A stretch of DNA of 64,000 bases, taken from NCBI GenBank assembly GCA_048940925.1, contig JBHLOC010000026.1, positions 1 through 64,000 on the forward strand, read 5' to 3'. The notes below the pieces were generated by a model. The model saw nothing but the letters and a program-made list of their open reading frames with translations. It was not told where the DNA came from and did no database searches. The first letter of the stretch is position 1. Every line of letters begins with the position of its first letter. Of the stretch, positions 1 through 10,267 are shown piece after piece. The position numbers and the translations under genes are program-made. Source of the stretch: Promethearchaeota archaeon (GTDB lineage: Archaea; Asgardarchaeota; Lokiarchaeia; Sigyniarchaeales; SOKP01).

Positions 1-297
1 ACTCTAATAACATTAGACGCTGATCCTAATATTTCTGCAGTAATTTTCATTAAGACATATGATTTTAACCATAAATTTCTTGAAACAATTAAACGTGCTT
101 ATAAAGAAATGAAAAAACCGCTGATCTGTATAGCATATAAAATCATGGATGATACTAGTGATTATGCTAATAAAGTTCTTTTCAAAAGAGAATTATTCAA
201 ACTAAAAATTCCTGTTTTTGAATCTGTAGATTTAGCTGCTAAAGCATTAGATAAAATGTGTACTTTCAGAGAATATCAAAACACACACAGAACTTAG
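1..297 (+). CDS. C-terminal part of an NDP-forming acyl-CoA synthetase alpha subunit (5'-truncated by window)
   Basis: Frame 1 is open from base 1: TLITLDADPNISAVIFI...KKPLIC...KIPVFESVDLAAKAL, resembling the succinyl-CoA-ligase-like C-terminal domain. Confidence 0.6.
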   Translation, partial: TLITLDADPNISAVIFIKTYDFNHKFLETIKRAYKEMKKPLICIAYKIMDDTSDYANKVLFKRELFKLKIPVFESVDLAAKALDKMCTFREYQNTHRT

Positions 298-441
298 TCC
301 TGGTATTTTTTTGTCATTAGACTCTTACTTTTCCTGATAAAAATGTAAAAACTTAAATAAAATTAAAATCATCTGATCTTGTTTCTAATCTTAGAAATCC
401 AACCCATAAAATTAAAAAAAATCTAATATGAGGTGACTTGA

Positions 442-771
442 ATGGTTCTGCTTGTATCACAAACTTGGTATCCAGCTTCTCAAGCAGGAAAAGCTGGTAA
501 TGTTTATCTCGAGGCATTGAAAAAATACCCAGATGATCGAACTCTTGCTAAACCAATATTAAGATCTGGTGTAAAGATTGAAAAAGAAGGTATTCATGGG
601 ATTGCAATCTATTCTGTAAAGGAAGGGAAGTTCAAAGAAGCGATGGATCTTGCGGTGAATAGAATGCTTATGTTGGGAAACGCAATCGAAGGTATTAAAA
701 TGTCAATAGATACATATTATGACATAACTGAAGCACTGCCTTTTGTGGGGCTTACAGCTCCAGAAGACTAA
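442..771 (+). CDS. Small hypothetical protein, paralog of 962..1285
   Basis: GAGGTGA RBS 5 nt before ATG; shares WYP...Y.E.LK.YP.DR.L.K and NRML with the next gene; poly-T after stop. Confidence 0.8.
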   Translation: MVLLVSQTWYPASQAGKAGNVYLEALKKYPDDRTLAKPILRSGVKIEKEGIHGIAIYSVKEGKFKEAMDLAVNRMLMLGNAIEGIKMSIDTYYDITEALPFVGLTAPED

Positions 772-961
772 ATATCTTTTAACCTGAATAAAATCTTTAA
801 TTTTTTTTTTTTTAACTAATATAAATAATAAGGTTTCAAGCTCCTTTTTCCTATTTTAATGGTGGAAAAAAAATTAAAAATTTAAATTAAATTGAAAAGA
901 ATAATTATTACTAAGAAATCTAACTCTAACAAAACAAATAAGTAATGGAGGAAATTAAATT

Positions 962-1285
962 ATGCCATATATAATTGTAGAAGCATGGTATCCAACTGAT
1001 ATAGTCCAAGAGGTTGCTGATAAGTATATGGAGATGTTAAAAGAATATCCATTTGATAGATCTCTAGGAAAAGAAACTATACCTGTCGCAGTATCTTCAA
1101 ATAGTAAAGGAATAAAAGTAATGAGTGTAATGGAAGCTAAACCAGAAAAACTTTATGAAGCTACAAGATGGGTTGGTAATAGAATGTTACTTTTCCAAAG
1201 TATCAAAGGATTTGAATATAAAACTAGACTCTGGTCAACAGTAGTCGAAGCCTTGGAACCTCTAGGGATGAGCCTTCCCGGATAA
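962..1285 (+). CDS. Small hypothetical protein, paralog of 442..771
   Basis: GGAGG RBS; same motif pattern; poly-T tract downstream. Confidence 0.8.
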   Translation: MPYIIVEAWYPTDIVQEVADKYMEMLKEYPFDRSLGKETIPVAVSSNSKGIKVMSVMEAKPEKLYEATRWVGNRMLLFQSIKGFEYKTRLWSTVVEALEPLGMSLPG

Positions 1286-1654
1286 ATATTTAAAATTATT
1301 TCCAATTTTTTTTCGTTCTTTATTTTTTTATATCATGTAAATTATACTATTAAATGTTTGATCTGCGTTATTCTAAAGTTCCTTGATACAAGTATTTACC
1401 AAATTAGATATAAACGATTTAAGTAGTCTTAATACCTCTTCCAATTCTTTACTTATTATTGATTTTTAACGCCTAAAATAATATTCCAAGATCCTAATTA
1501 AATTGAAAATTAAAATCTAATTTAATCGTTAAATTTTATTTTTCATACAAATTTTAAATAATAAGACAAAAGAATATAATTTTGACATAATTATTTTGTA
1601 TTAGGGATTTTTTTTCCCAATTTACAGTAAATACTAGAGAAAAGGTATCGAAAT

Positions 1655-2962
1655 TTGTCTACTTTGATAAAAATTGCTAAGAATGGACATACTAATACAG
1701 ATATGGAGATTGTTGCTCGAAATGAGCAAGTCGATCTGGAATTTATTAGACGAGGGATTGAAAAAGGGAGAATTGTCATTCCTAAATCAAATAGAAGGGA
1801 ATTGAGAACACCAATAGGTATAGGTAAAGGATTGTTAGTGAAAATTAATGCTAATATTGGTTCTTCCAAAACCATATGTGATATTAATGGAGAAGTAGAA
1901 AAAGCTAGAATAGCTGTACAATATGGAGCAGATACAGTAATGGATCTGAGTACTGGTGTTACTGAATCTGATATTCAAACAATTAGGAAACAAATTCTTA
2001 AAGAAGTTAATGTTCCATTAGGTACCGTCCCAATTTATCAGACAGCATTAAGAGCTATTGAGAAAAAAGGAGCAATTATACATATGGATGAAGATGACAT
2101 GTTTCATGTCATAGAAGAGCAAGCAAAAGAAGGTGTAGATTTTTTTACGATACATGTCGGAGTTACAAAAGAAATTATCAATTACTTAATTGATCATCCA
2201 CGAACAATGGGAATAGTCTCGAGAGGAGGCACTTTTTTGGCATCCTGGATTTTAGAACATGAAATGGAAAACCCTTTCAATAGAAGGTACGATTATTTAT
2301 TAGAAATGGCAAAAGAATATGATTTTACTCTTTCCCTTGGAGATGGTTTAAGACCAGGATGCATTTTTGACTCAACTGATTATGCACAAGTTCAAGAATT
2401 ACTTGAAGTATCTAAACTAGTAAAAAGAGCGTGGAAAGCAAACATACAGGTTATGGTAGAAGGTCCTGGTCATATTCCTGCGAATGAAGTTGAAAGGAAT
2501 ATTAAAATGGAAAAATCTTTATGTGATGAAGCACCATTTTATGTGTTAGGACCACTTGTTACTGATATTGCGCCAGGATATGATGATATAGTAAGCGCAA
2601 TTGGTGGCACCATAGCTGGTTTAGCTGGTGCTGATTACTTATGTTATGTAACACCTTCTGAACACTTAGGTTTGCCAACAAGAGAAGAGGTAAAAAGAGG
2701 AGTTATTGCTTCTAAAATTGCAGCACACGCAGTAAATATTGCAAGATATGGTAAAAGGGCTTCATTTAGGGATTACAATATGGACATTGCTCGTAAAAAC
2801 TTAGATTGGAAAGAAATGATTGATCAATCAATTGATCCAGAATTAGCAAGTCAAGTTCACTATAGAAATGGAAAATCTATTGATGAAGACGTCTGTAGTA
2901 TGTGTGGGGAATTCTGTGCGATAAAGTTATTGAAAGAAGCTTTAGAGAAGAAAAAGAAATAA
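1655..2962 (+). CDS. thiC: Phosphomethylpyrimidine synthase
   Basis: KINANIG, GADTVMDLS, SRGG, SLGDGLRPG, EGPGH, YVTPSEH, C-terminal CSMCGEFC. Confidence 0.97.
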   Translation: MSTLIKIAKNGHTNTDMEIVARNEQVDLEFIRRGIEKGRIVIPKSNRRELRTPIGIGKGLLVKINANIGSSKTICDINGEVEKARIAVQYGADTVMDLSTGVTESDIQTIRKQILKEVNVPLGTVPIYQTALRAIEKKGAIIHMDEDDMFHVIEEQAKEGVDFFTIHVGVTKEIINYLIDHPRTMGIVSRGGTFLASWILEHEMENPFNRRYDYLLEMAKEYDFTLSLGDGLRPGCIFDSTDYAQVQELLEVSKLVKRAWKANIQVMVEGPGHIPANEVERNIKMEKSLCDEAPFYVLGPLVTDIAPGYDDIVSAIGGTIAGLAGADYLCYVTPSEHLGLPTREEVKRGVIASKIAAHAVNIARYGKRASFRDYNMDIARKNLDWKEMIDQSIDPELASQVHYRNGKSIDEDVCSMCGEFCAIKLLKEALEKKKK

Positions 2963-3346
2963 ATGCTTTTGGCTATTCGAGTAATACTGCCAACGATAAT
3001 ATTGAATTATTAGGTCCTTTGTTATTAATTGGAGATATCCTTTTTTTAAGTTCTTCAGTGTTAATTATCATTACTGGCATTAAAGAAAATAGAAATTTAG
3101 CTATACTTTGTAGTTTCTTAATGATAGGAGGTTTAGTTATTTTTTGTTATGGACTTGCTACTATTGAGGATTTTGAGAATATTCTTGAAGGATTAAATTT
3201 TTTAAAAGGAGGGGAACATACTATATTTTACGGAGCTGTAGTTTTAGGATTAAGCGGAGATTGGGAATGGAGATTGGGAAATGGTTTTTTTTATTGCAAT
3301 TGGCGGAGCTTTCATTGCATTTATAGGTTCTTTTATAAATAAATAG
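2963..3346 (+). pseudogene. 5'-truncated, frameshifted membrane-protein remnant
   Basis: Hydrophobic frame without its own start, overlapping the thiC end; removing one T from the T-run near 3285-3292 restores a final TM helix (GNGFFIAIGGAFIAFIGSFINK*). Confidence 0.5.
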
Positions 3347-3489
3347 CCACTGGATCAAAAATTATTAAAATTTTTTTCTTCTTTTATTTTCATATTTATA
3401 GAAAAATTAAGAACCTACTCTTAATAATTAACATGTGTATAGCAATATGGATTTGATTTAATATTAAATAATAAGCTCGAGAGGATTAT

Positions 3490-4317
3490 ATGAAAAGAGT
3501 TTTAACCATTGCAGGTTCAGATTCTGGTGGAGGGGCGGGGATTCAAGCTGATTTAAAGACTTTTTCTGCCCGAGGAGTTTATGGGATGAGTGTAATAACT
3601 GCTCTTACAGCACAAAATACTCTTGGTGTTCAAGGAGTGCTAGAAATCAATCCTGAATTCGTAACACGTCAAATTGATTCTGTTATGACAGATATAGGTG
3701 CTGATGCTTGGAAAACAGGGATGCTCGCCAATGCAGAAATAATTCGAATCATAGCTGATAGAGCTCGTAAGTATAATATTGAGTTTTTAATAGTAGATCC
3801 TGTAATGGTAGCAAAGAGTGGAGACCCATTATTAAAATCTGAAAGTAAAGAAGTTCTAATCTCTGAACTCCTTCCTTTAGCATATGTTCTAACCCCAAAT
3901 CTTTATGAAGCTCAAGTATTGACGGGTGTTGATATTAAAGATTTAGATGATGCCCGAAAAGCAGCAAAAATTATCTATGATAGGGGTGCTCAAAATGTAA
4001 TTATAAAAGGTGGACATTTACCAGGTATTGAAGAAGCAATTGATATCCTTTATGATGGCAATTTATATACAGAATTTCATGCTCCTCGTATTGAAACTAA
4101 AAATACACATGGAACTGGCTGTACATTTGCTTCTGCTATAGCAGCAGAATTGGCTAAAGGGTGCGTGATTAGAAAAGCAGTTCATATTGCAAAAGCATAT
4201 TTAACAGCAGCTATTAAAAGTGCTGTTGATTTAAATATAGGTCATGGGCATGGTCCAACTAATCATTCTCAAGATTCTACTGTGGACGTGAATCTTAATC
4301 TAGTTAAGGTTAAATAA
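3490..4317 (+). CDS. thiD: Hydroxymethylpyrimidine/phosphomethylpyrimidine kinase
   Basis: LTIAGSDSGGGAGIQADLKT, KTGML, DPVMVAKSG, THGTGCT. Confidence 0.97.
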   Translation: MKRVLTIAGSDSGGGAGIQADLKTFSARGVYGMSVITALTAQNTLGVQGVLEINPEFVTRQIDSVMTDIGADAWKTGMLANAEIIRIIADRARKYNIEFLIVDPVMVAKSGDPLLKSESKEVLISELLPLAYVLTPNLYEAQVLTGVDIKDLDDARKAAKIIYDRGAQNVIIKGGHLPGIEEAIDILYDGNLYTEFHAPRIETKNTHGTGCTFASAIAAELAKGCVIRKAVHIAKAYLTAAIKSAVDLNIGHGHGPTNHSQDSTVDVNLNLVKVK

Positions 4318-4325
4318 AATAAAAT

Positions 4326-4904
4326 TTATTTCTTTACTCTCTTATATGCCCAATCTGCCTTATCTTTCATTCCAAGCGCCTCATAGGACATTCCCAGATA
4401 ACGAAAAGCATCATGGTAATCGAATTTTACCTTAACCAATTTAAACAAGAAATTAATTGCTAAATCATATCTCCCTCTTAAATAATTTGTTTTCCCAAGT
4501 AAAAAAAGAATTTTCAAATTTTTTTCATCAGTGGAATTTTCTGAGTATGAATCCATAAGTAAATCTACAGCGACATTGTAGTTATCCTCATTAATTAAAT
4601 TTTCAATAGATTCAAGAAATTTGAGGAAAACTATTTTATTCGTGATTTCTACTAACTTTTTCTCTGATTCTTTTTTCATTTCTTCTTCTAAAGCATCTTG
4701 TTTTTCTTTCTCCTTTCCTTCAATAAAACTTTTAAATTTTTCTAATATACTATTAGGATAGGGTTCACTACATAATGGACAATTATGTGAATGGAGTAAC
4801 CACTCAGATAAACATTTGTTATGAATTGGATGCTCATTAACGCATTCAAAAAAGGAATCACTGCTTTCATTTATTTGTAGATGGCAGATTATACAAGAAG
4901 GCAT
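4326..4904 (-). CDS. RING-H2 zinc finger + TPR protein (putative E3 ligase)
   Basis: CIIC...CVNEHPIHNKCLSEW...CPLC (C3H2C3); C-terminal TPR helices (LFLLGKTNYLRGRYDLA; AFRYLGMSYEALG). Confidence 0.85.
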   Translation of the reverse strand: MPSCIICHLQINESSDSFFECVNEHPIHNKCLSEWLLHSHNCPLCSEPYPNSILEKFKSFIEGKEKEKQDALEEEMKKESEKKLVEITNKIVFLKFLESIENLINEDNYNVAVDLLMDSYSENSTDEKNLKILFLLGKTNYLRGRYDLAINFLFKLVKVKFDYHDAFRYLGMSYEALGMKDKADWAYKRVKK

Positions 4905-5097
4905 TATTAATCTATTATTAGCTTCCTAATTGAATATTTTTTGAAATGATAGCATTATATAATAAATTAGTAAAACTATAAACTTTTAAGAATATGTTTT
5001 TAGAAACATCGATTTAATAAAAAATAAAAATACTAATTATTATATAAAACTAAAGATACTTTAATCCCTAATGAATTGAATTAAGGTAGAGAAATCT

Positions 5098-6684
5098 TTG
5101 CCAATAAATAGAACAAGACTTTTTAAAGAGTTATTTAATCAATTCTTGGAAATTAATAAGGATGTTGAAGCTCTAATCGTTTCTGATCAACAAGGTTTAA
5201 TTATAGCATCAGAAAAAAGAAGTAGTGTTGAATTGGAAATAGTGTCTGTATTAACTTCAATAATTAATCCAATACTTGAAAGAATACGGGATGAATTTGC
5301 TTTTAAGGAATTTGGGACAGCAAGTTTTGATACTGAATTCTATAGATTATTATTTATATCATTAGATGAACGTCGAACTCTAAGTGTAGTCTTAGACAAT
5401 TTAGCATCTGTAGATAAAGCATCTCCATACGCATATCTTCTTGCTGAAAAATCAGTACAAATTCTAAATGCCGAAGAAGGTGATACAATTCAATTAGACA
5501 TTCCGGCTTTTGAATATGAAACCGATGCTTCAGCGATATCAGAAAGGTTAAAAAATCAGATTTATCAGATGAGATTAGATACAGGCGGATTATATCGATT
5601 TAAATTTGTTATTATTGGGGATCATGAAGTTGGAAAAACTTCATTAGTTAGAAGGTTTGTAGAGAATAAATTCTCACATGATTATCGTGCTACTATTGGT
5701 TTGAATATACTATCCCATTCCATTGATTTTTTTGGTAATCATGTTGTGTACTCGCTGTGGGACGTGGGCGCTCAAGTTTACTTTAAAAGATTTCGCCAAA
5801 CTTATTATTTAGGTGCACAAGCTGCTTTTGTTGTTTTTGATCTAACTAATCAAAAATCTTTCGAAAATATAATAACATGGTATCAAGAATTAGAGGATTT
5901 TATTGAAGGAAGAGAGATTCCTATTATAATTATAGGTAATAAATCTGACTTGGGTGAACAGAGAGAAGTTGATTATCAAGATGGCGTTAAATTAGTATCT
6001 GAATTATCAAAAGAACCTAATATTAAGATTTCATATATTGAAACCTCAGCTTTAACAGGGGAAAATGTAGAAGATGCTTTTACTCTAATAGCATATCATT
6101 ATATAACGAAAAGTAAAGAAGAAGAAGAAGAAAGAGTTAAACAGGATTTATTAAATGAACTTAAAGCAATACTAGAAATAAAGAAAGAAAAATCAGAAGA
6201 CTTAGAATCATTACTAACATTAACAATAATTTCAGAAAATGAATTTTGGAGCCCTGGTTTACAAATATTATCAGAAATTAATAATTACAGTAAATGTGAA
6301 AAAATTAAAGACGATAAGGATGAAAGGTTATATAAATTCTCAAACGGAGTAGTATTGAAAAACTACCTTTATAATAATTTTGAAGTATCAAACTCAGATG
6401 GAGTTTTCTGTATATTTGATGCTCGATATAAAGATCATATAGATTCTGCGTGGAAAGATGTAGTTACTAAGATTTTAGATGGTATTGAAAAGAATAAAGT
6501 TGTTTTAATTGGCATCCGTGTTTCCGAAAGGAGTGATTGGTCTAAAATTATTGAAGAATTTAACGTAAATGAGCTATTAGAGAAAAAGATGGTTTCTCTG
6601 TTATTCTTTAAAATAGGAGTTGAATATCGGCTAGAAATATACGATCAACTTAAAGTTATGTTGAATACAATTAAATATCTTTAA
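5098..6684 (+). CDS. Roadblock/LC7 domain-Rab-like small GTPase fusion with C-terminal degenerate domain
   Basis: N-term VEALIVSDQQGLIIA (roadblock); GDHEVGKT, YRATIG, WDVGAQ, NKSD, ETSAL. Confidence 0.9.
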   Translation: MPINRTRLFKELFNQFLEINKDVEALIVSDQQGLIIASEKRSSVELEIVSVLTSIINPILERIRDEFAFKEFGTASFDTEFYRLLFISLDERRTLSVVLDNLASVDKASPYAYLLAEKSVQILNAEEGDTIQLDIPAFEYETDASAISERLKNQIYQMRLDTGGLYRFKFVIIGDHEVGKTSLVRRFVENKFSHDYRATIGLNILSHSIDFFGNHVVYSLWDVGAQVYFKRFRQTYYLGAQAAFVVFDLTNQKSFENIITWYQELEDFIEGREIPIIIIGNKSDLGEQREVDYQDGVKLVSELSKEPNIKISYIETSALTGENVEDAFTLIAYHYITKSKEEEEERVKQDLLNELKAILEIKKEKSEDLESLLTLTIISENEFWSPGLQILSEINNYSKCEKIKDDKDERLYKFSNGVVLKNYLYNNFEVSNSDGVFCIFDARYKDHIDSAWKDVVTKILDGIEKNKVVLIGIRVSERSDWSKIIEEFNVNELLEKKMVSLLFFKIGVEYRLEIYDQLKVMLNTIKYL

Positions 6685-6846
6685 TATCTATAAAATAATG
6701 GGCAATAAATAAGACTATAATTGATATAGAATTTATATAAATTATTAAGAAATAAATGATAAATGATTTGTTAATATACTTAAAAAATAATAATGAGAAT
6801 GATTAATTTTATAATATAAACAAAAAGAAAATGGGTAGAGGATTCA

Positions 6847-8406
6847 TTGGTATTACGTAAAAATGAAGTATTTGAAGAACTTTTTAATAAATTTTTAGAA
6901 ATTAACAAAGAAGTAGAGGCAGTAATAGTCTCTGATCAAGAAGGATTAATAATTGCGGGAGAAAAAAGAAAAGATATTGATATGGAATTAGTCTCAGTTT
7001 TAACCTCCATTATCAATCCCGTCTTAAAGCGTATGCGTAATGAATTTGCATTTAAAAAATTTGGAACTGCTAATTTTGATACAGAGGATCATCGTCTTTT
7101 GTTTATTTCTGTTGACGAAGAGAGAATCTTAAGTTTAGTACTTGAAAGCATGGCTTCCACCGAAAAATTATCCCCTTATGGTTTATTTCTAGCAGAAAAA
7201 ACATCTCAAATTATTATGGCAGAAGAAAATGCTGTAATTCAAATTTCTGTACCTAATTTCGAATATGAAGCTGAAAATGTAGAGAGATTAAAAAATCAAC
7301 TTTATCAAATGGATTTGGGGACAAGGGGAGAATATCGATTTAAGTTTGTTATTTTGGGAGAACATGAAGTCGGGAAAACTTCAATTATACGTAGATTTGT
7401 AGAAGGAACGTTTTCAGAAGTGTATCGCGCAACAATAGGACTTAATATTTTATCTCATACATTTGAATTTTTTGGAAATGAAATTGGTGTGACACTCTAC
7501 GACTTGGGGGCTCAAAAGTTCTTTAAACGCTTCCGAAAAACCTATTATTCAGGTGCTCAAGCAGCATTCATAGTTTTTGATTTATCAAATCGAATTTCAT
7601 TTGATAGCGTAGTAAATTGGTATGATGAACTAAGAGAATTTGTTCCTGATGTGGATGTTCCAATAGTTCTAGTTGGAAATAAGTCGGATTTAACAAAAGA
7701 AAGAGTTGTATCTTATCAAGAAGGGGTAAACTTAGCAAATACATTATCTGAAAAAGAAAAGATTAAGATTTCTTATATTGAAACCAGTGCTTTGACAGGT
7801 GAGAATGTAGAGGATGCCTTTAATTTGATTTCATATCATTATGTATTGAAGAGTAAAGAAATTGAAGATAGAAGACGCGGAGATGTATTATTTGAAAAAA
7901 TCAACTCTATTTTAACAAAAAAAATTGTTTTAACCCTATCTTTTGTTACAGAAACATCTATGTGGAGTCCTGGATTACAAATATTATTTGATATCAAGAA
8001 ATTAGGAGAGAATACATTGATAAGAGACTATGAAGATGAAAAAGTATTTCAATATACAAATGGATTAATCTTAAAACAACAACAATTCTCTGCTGCTGAG
8101 GATGTTTCAAGTTCAGAAGGTGTATTTTGTATTTTTGATGTAAGAGATAAAACTCAGGTTGATCCTAACTTAAAGCAAATTATAATTAAAATAATTGAAA
8201 ACATAAAGGAAAAGGGGGTAATATTAATTGGAATTAGAGTGTCTGAATCTAGTAATTGGTCAAAGATAATTAATGAGTTAAATGTCGATAATTATCTCAA
8301 TAAAAGGGAAGTAGATCTATTATTTTTTAGAATTAGTACTGATTATCGATTGGATATATTTGAACAGTTGAAAGTAATGCTTTCAAATATAGATGAGAAA
8401 TATTAA
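6847..8406 (+). CDS. Roadblock/LC7 domain-Rab-like small GTPase fusion, tandem paralog
   Basis: VEAVIVSDQEGLIIAG; GEHEVGKT, YRATIG, YDLGAQ, NKSD, ETSAL; colinear with the previous gene. Confidence 0.9.
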   Translation: MVLRKNEVFEELFNKFLEINKEVEAVIVSDQEGLIIAGEKRKDIDMELVSVLTSIINPVLKRMRNEFAFKKFGTANFDTEDHRLLFISVDEERILSLVLESMASTEKLSPYGLFLAEKTSQIIMAEENAVIQISVPNFEYEAENVERLKNQLYQMDLGTRGEYRFKFVILGEHEVGKTSIIRRFVEGTFSEVYRATIGLNILSHTFEFFGNEIGVTLYDLGAQKFFKRFRKTYYSGAQAAFIVFDLSNRISFDSVVNWYDELREFVPDVDVPIVLVGNKSDLTKERVVSYQEGVNLANTLSEKEKIKISYIETSALTGENVEDAFNLISYHYVLKSKEIEDRRRGDVLFEKINSILTKKIVLTLSFVTETSMWSPGLQILFDIKKLGENTLIRDYEDEKVFQYTNGLILKQQQFSAAEDVSSSEGVFCIFDVRDKTQVDPNLKQIIIKIIENIKEKGVILIGIRVSESSNWSKIINELNVDNYLNKREVDLLFFRISTDYRLDIFEQLKVMLSNIDEKY

Positions 8407-8416
8407 CAAAATATTT

Positions 8417-9484
8417 CTAATTTTTTAACTTAGTTTTTAATTTTTCTGAAATTGATTCTCCCATTTCTTTTGTAGAGAGAGTTCTAAATTTAGGATTTTT
8501 TATGTCGACTGTACGCCCTTCTGCAAGAGCATCCTCTACAGCTATTTCAATCTCATTTCCAATTTCTGATGATTTAAATGATTCTTGCATCATTAATTTT
8601 ACACTTAAAATAGTTCCAATAGGATTTGCTATTCCTTTTCCTGCGATATCTGGAGCAGAGCCATGGATAGGTTCATACATAGACACTTTTCCAGGATGGA
8701 TATTACCACTTGATGCCATTCCTAAACTTCCTATTAGAAAAGCACCTTCATCGCTTATTATATCACCAAACATATTGCCTGTTACCACAGTTTGAAAGGC
8801 ATCAGGTTTTCTAATAAGCCATTGGCAAAAAGCATCAATATAAATGTCTTCTTTTTCAATATCAGGATATTCCGCTCCAATTTCGTGAAAAATTTTCCTC
8901 CATAATTGACTAGGGCGTAAAAGATTTGCTTTATCTACAGATGTTACCCTTGAGTGTTTTTTTTTATTAGCATACTCAAAAGCAAATTTTATAATGCGTT
9001 CACAACCTTTTCTTGTGTAAACCATTAGATTCTCAGCAATATCATCCTTCAATACTGAACCTTTATATGCATAAAGCCCCTCAGTGTTTTCTCTTACAAA
9101 TGTAATATCTATTCCTTCTCCTATAAATTCATCTTTGAGAGGGCATCTATCCCTTAATCCATCATATAGTCGTATCGGGCGTAAATTGACATATAAATCT
9201 AATCCTTGCCGAATTCTTAATACAGGTAGTTCTGCAATTCCAGGAGGTAAATCAGGGAGTCCCACTGCTCCAAATAGTAAAGCATCTGAACTTTTTATTA
9301 GATCAAATGATTTTTTAGGAAAGCTACTCCCAAACTCTTTATATACCTCTCCTCCGGCAGGTGCTTCTTTAAGTTCAAATTCGAAATCAGTATAATCAGA
9401 AATAATCTTTAGGATTTTAATTCCTTGTTCAACAACTTCTGGTCCTATACCATCTCCTTTTGTAATAGCAATTTTTTTTTTCAA
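8417..9484 (-). CDS. leuB: 3-isopropylmalate dehydrogenase (IDH/IMDH family)
   Basis: GDGIGPEV, VRENTEG, VDKAN, NMFGDIISD, YEPIHGSAPDIAGKGIANP. Confidence 0.85.
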   Translation of the reverse strand: MKKKIAITKGDGIGPEVVEQGIKILKIISDYTDFEFELKEAPAGGEVYKEFGSSFPKKSFDLIKSSDALLFGAVGLPDLPPGIAELPVLRIRQGLDLYVNLRPIRLYDGLRDRCPLKDEFIGEGIDITFVRENTEGLYAYKGSVLKDDIAENLMVYTRKGCERIIKFAFEYANKKKHSRVTSVDKANLLRPSQLWRKIFHEIGAEYPDIEKEDIYIDAFCQWLIRKPDAFQTVVTGNMFGDIISDEGAFLIGSLGMASSGNIHPGKVSMYEPIHGSAPDIAGKGIANPIGTILSVKLMMQESFKSSEIGNEIEIAVEDALAEGRTVDIKNPKFRTLSTKEMGESISEKLKTKLKN

Positions 9485-9671
9485 ATCGATTGAACTCCAC
9501 TATAGTTATTATATTTTACTGCGAAATTATATAATAAAATAATTTTTAATAATTATTAAAAACATTTAATTTAATTTTAAATCAAATCAAATAGTTTATT
9601 GTTCTACTAATCCTAATTAACCACTTTGTAAAATAGAAAAAAATTAAAGGAGTCTCACATTTACCTATTAA

Positions 9672-10187
9672 ATGTGGATAAAAAAGAAAATACTCATATT
9701 AATTATTGCCATAATTTATACCAGTTTTATGATTTTTGGGATTTATATTACAGTAATTCATAATCATTTTTATCATATAATTCACAATTTATTTTTAGAA
9801 TTAGCCAAAATTGGTATTTTCTTTTTTATCTATATTATAATTGTTTTATTTATTCTACCCGGCCTATCTCTTAATTTAGTAGTTCATAGGAAGAATTCTG
9901 AATTAAAAGAGACCAAAAAAAGAGATCCTAGAAAAGATAAGAATCGAAGCATCTTGTTATTAGCAATTGGCTTACCACTTATGGTTTGGGCAATTATAGG
10001 AAGTTATAGATACTATATACTAACAGAATATTACGGTGGTTTAGGAGAATTAGCACTTAATGGCTTTTTAGTATTGTTACAAGGAATCATCTTTATATTT
10101 ATAATTCCTGGTTTAATAATAGGTATAAAAAGTTATTTTGAAAATAAACATATTAAAAGTAATAATTACATCGAATATTTTAATTAG
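9672..10187 (+). CDS. Hypothetical membrane protein (~4 TM)
   Basis: Four long hydrophobic segments. Confidence 0.65.
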   Translation: MWIKKKILILIIAIIYTSFMIFGIYITVIHNHFYHIIHNLFLELAKIGIFFFIYIIIVLFILPGLSLNLVVHRKNSELKETKKRDPRKDKNRSILLLAIGLPLMVWAIIGSYRYYILTEYYGGLGELALNGFLVLLQGIIFIFIIPGLIIGIKSYFENKHIKSNNYIEYFN

Positions 10188-10267
10188 ATTTAAGAGAAAG
10201 AAACCATAAAATATAAAATTATAATTATTTAAAAGCAACATTTCATAACTTAAATAAGTGGCTTAAA

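Noticed and set aside
1290-1654. TPP riboswitch upstream of thiC (also checked before thiD)
   Set aside because: No CTGAGA or TGATCC/GCGTAGGGA-like core found; the region is simply AT-rich
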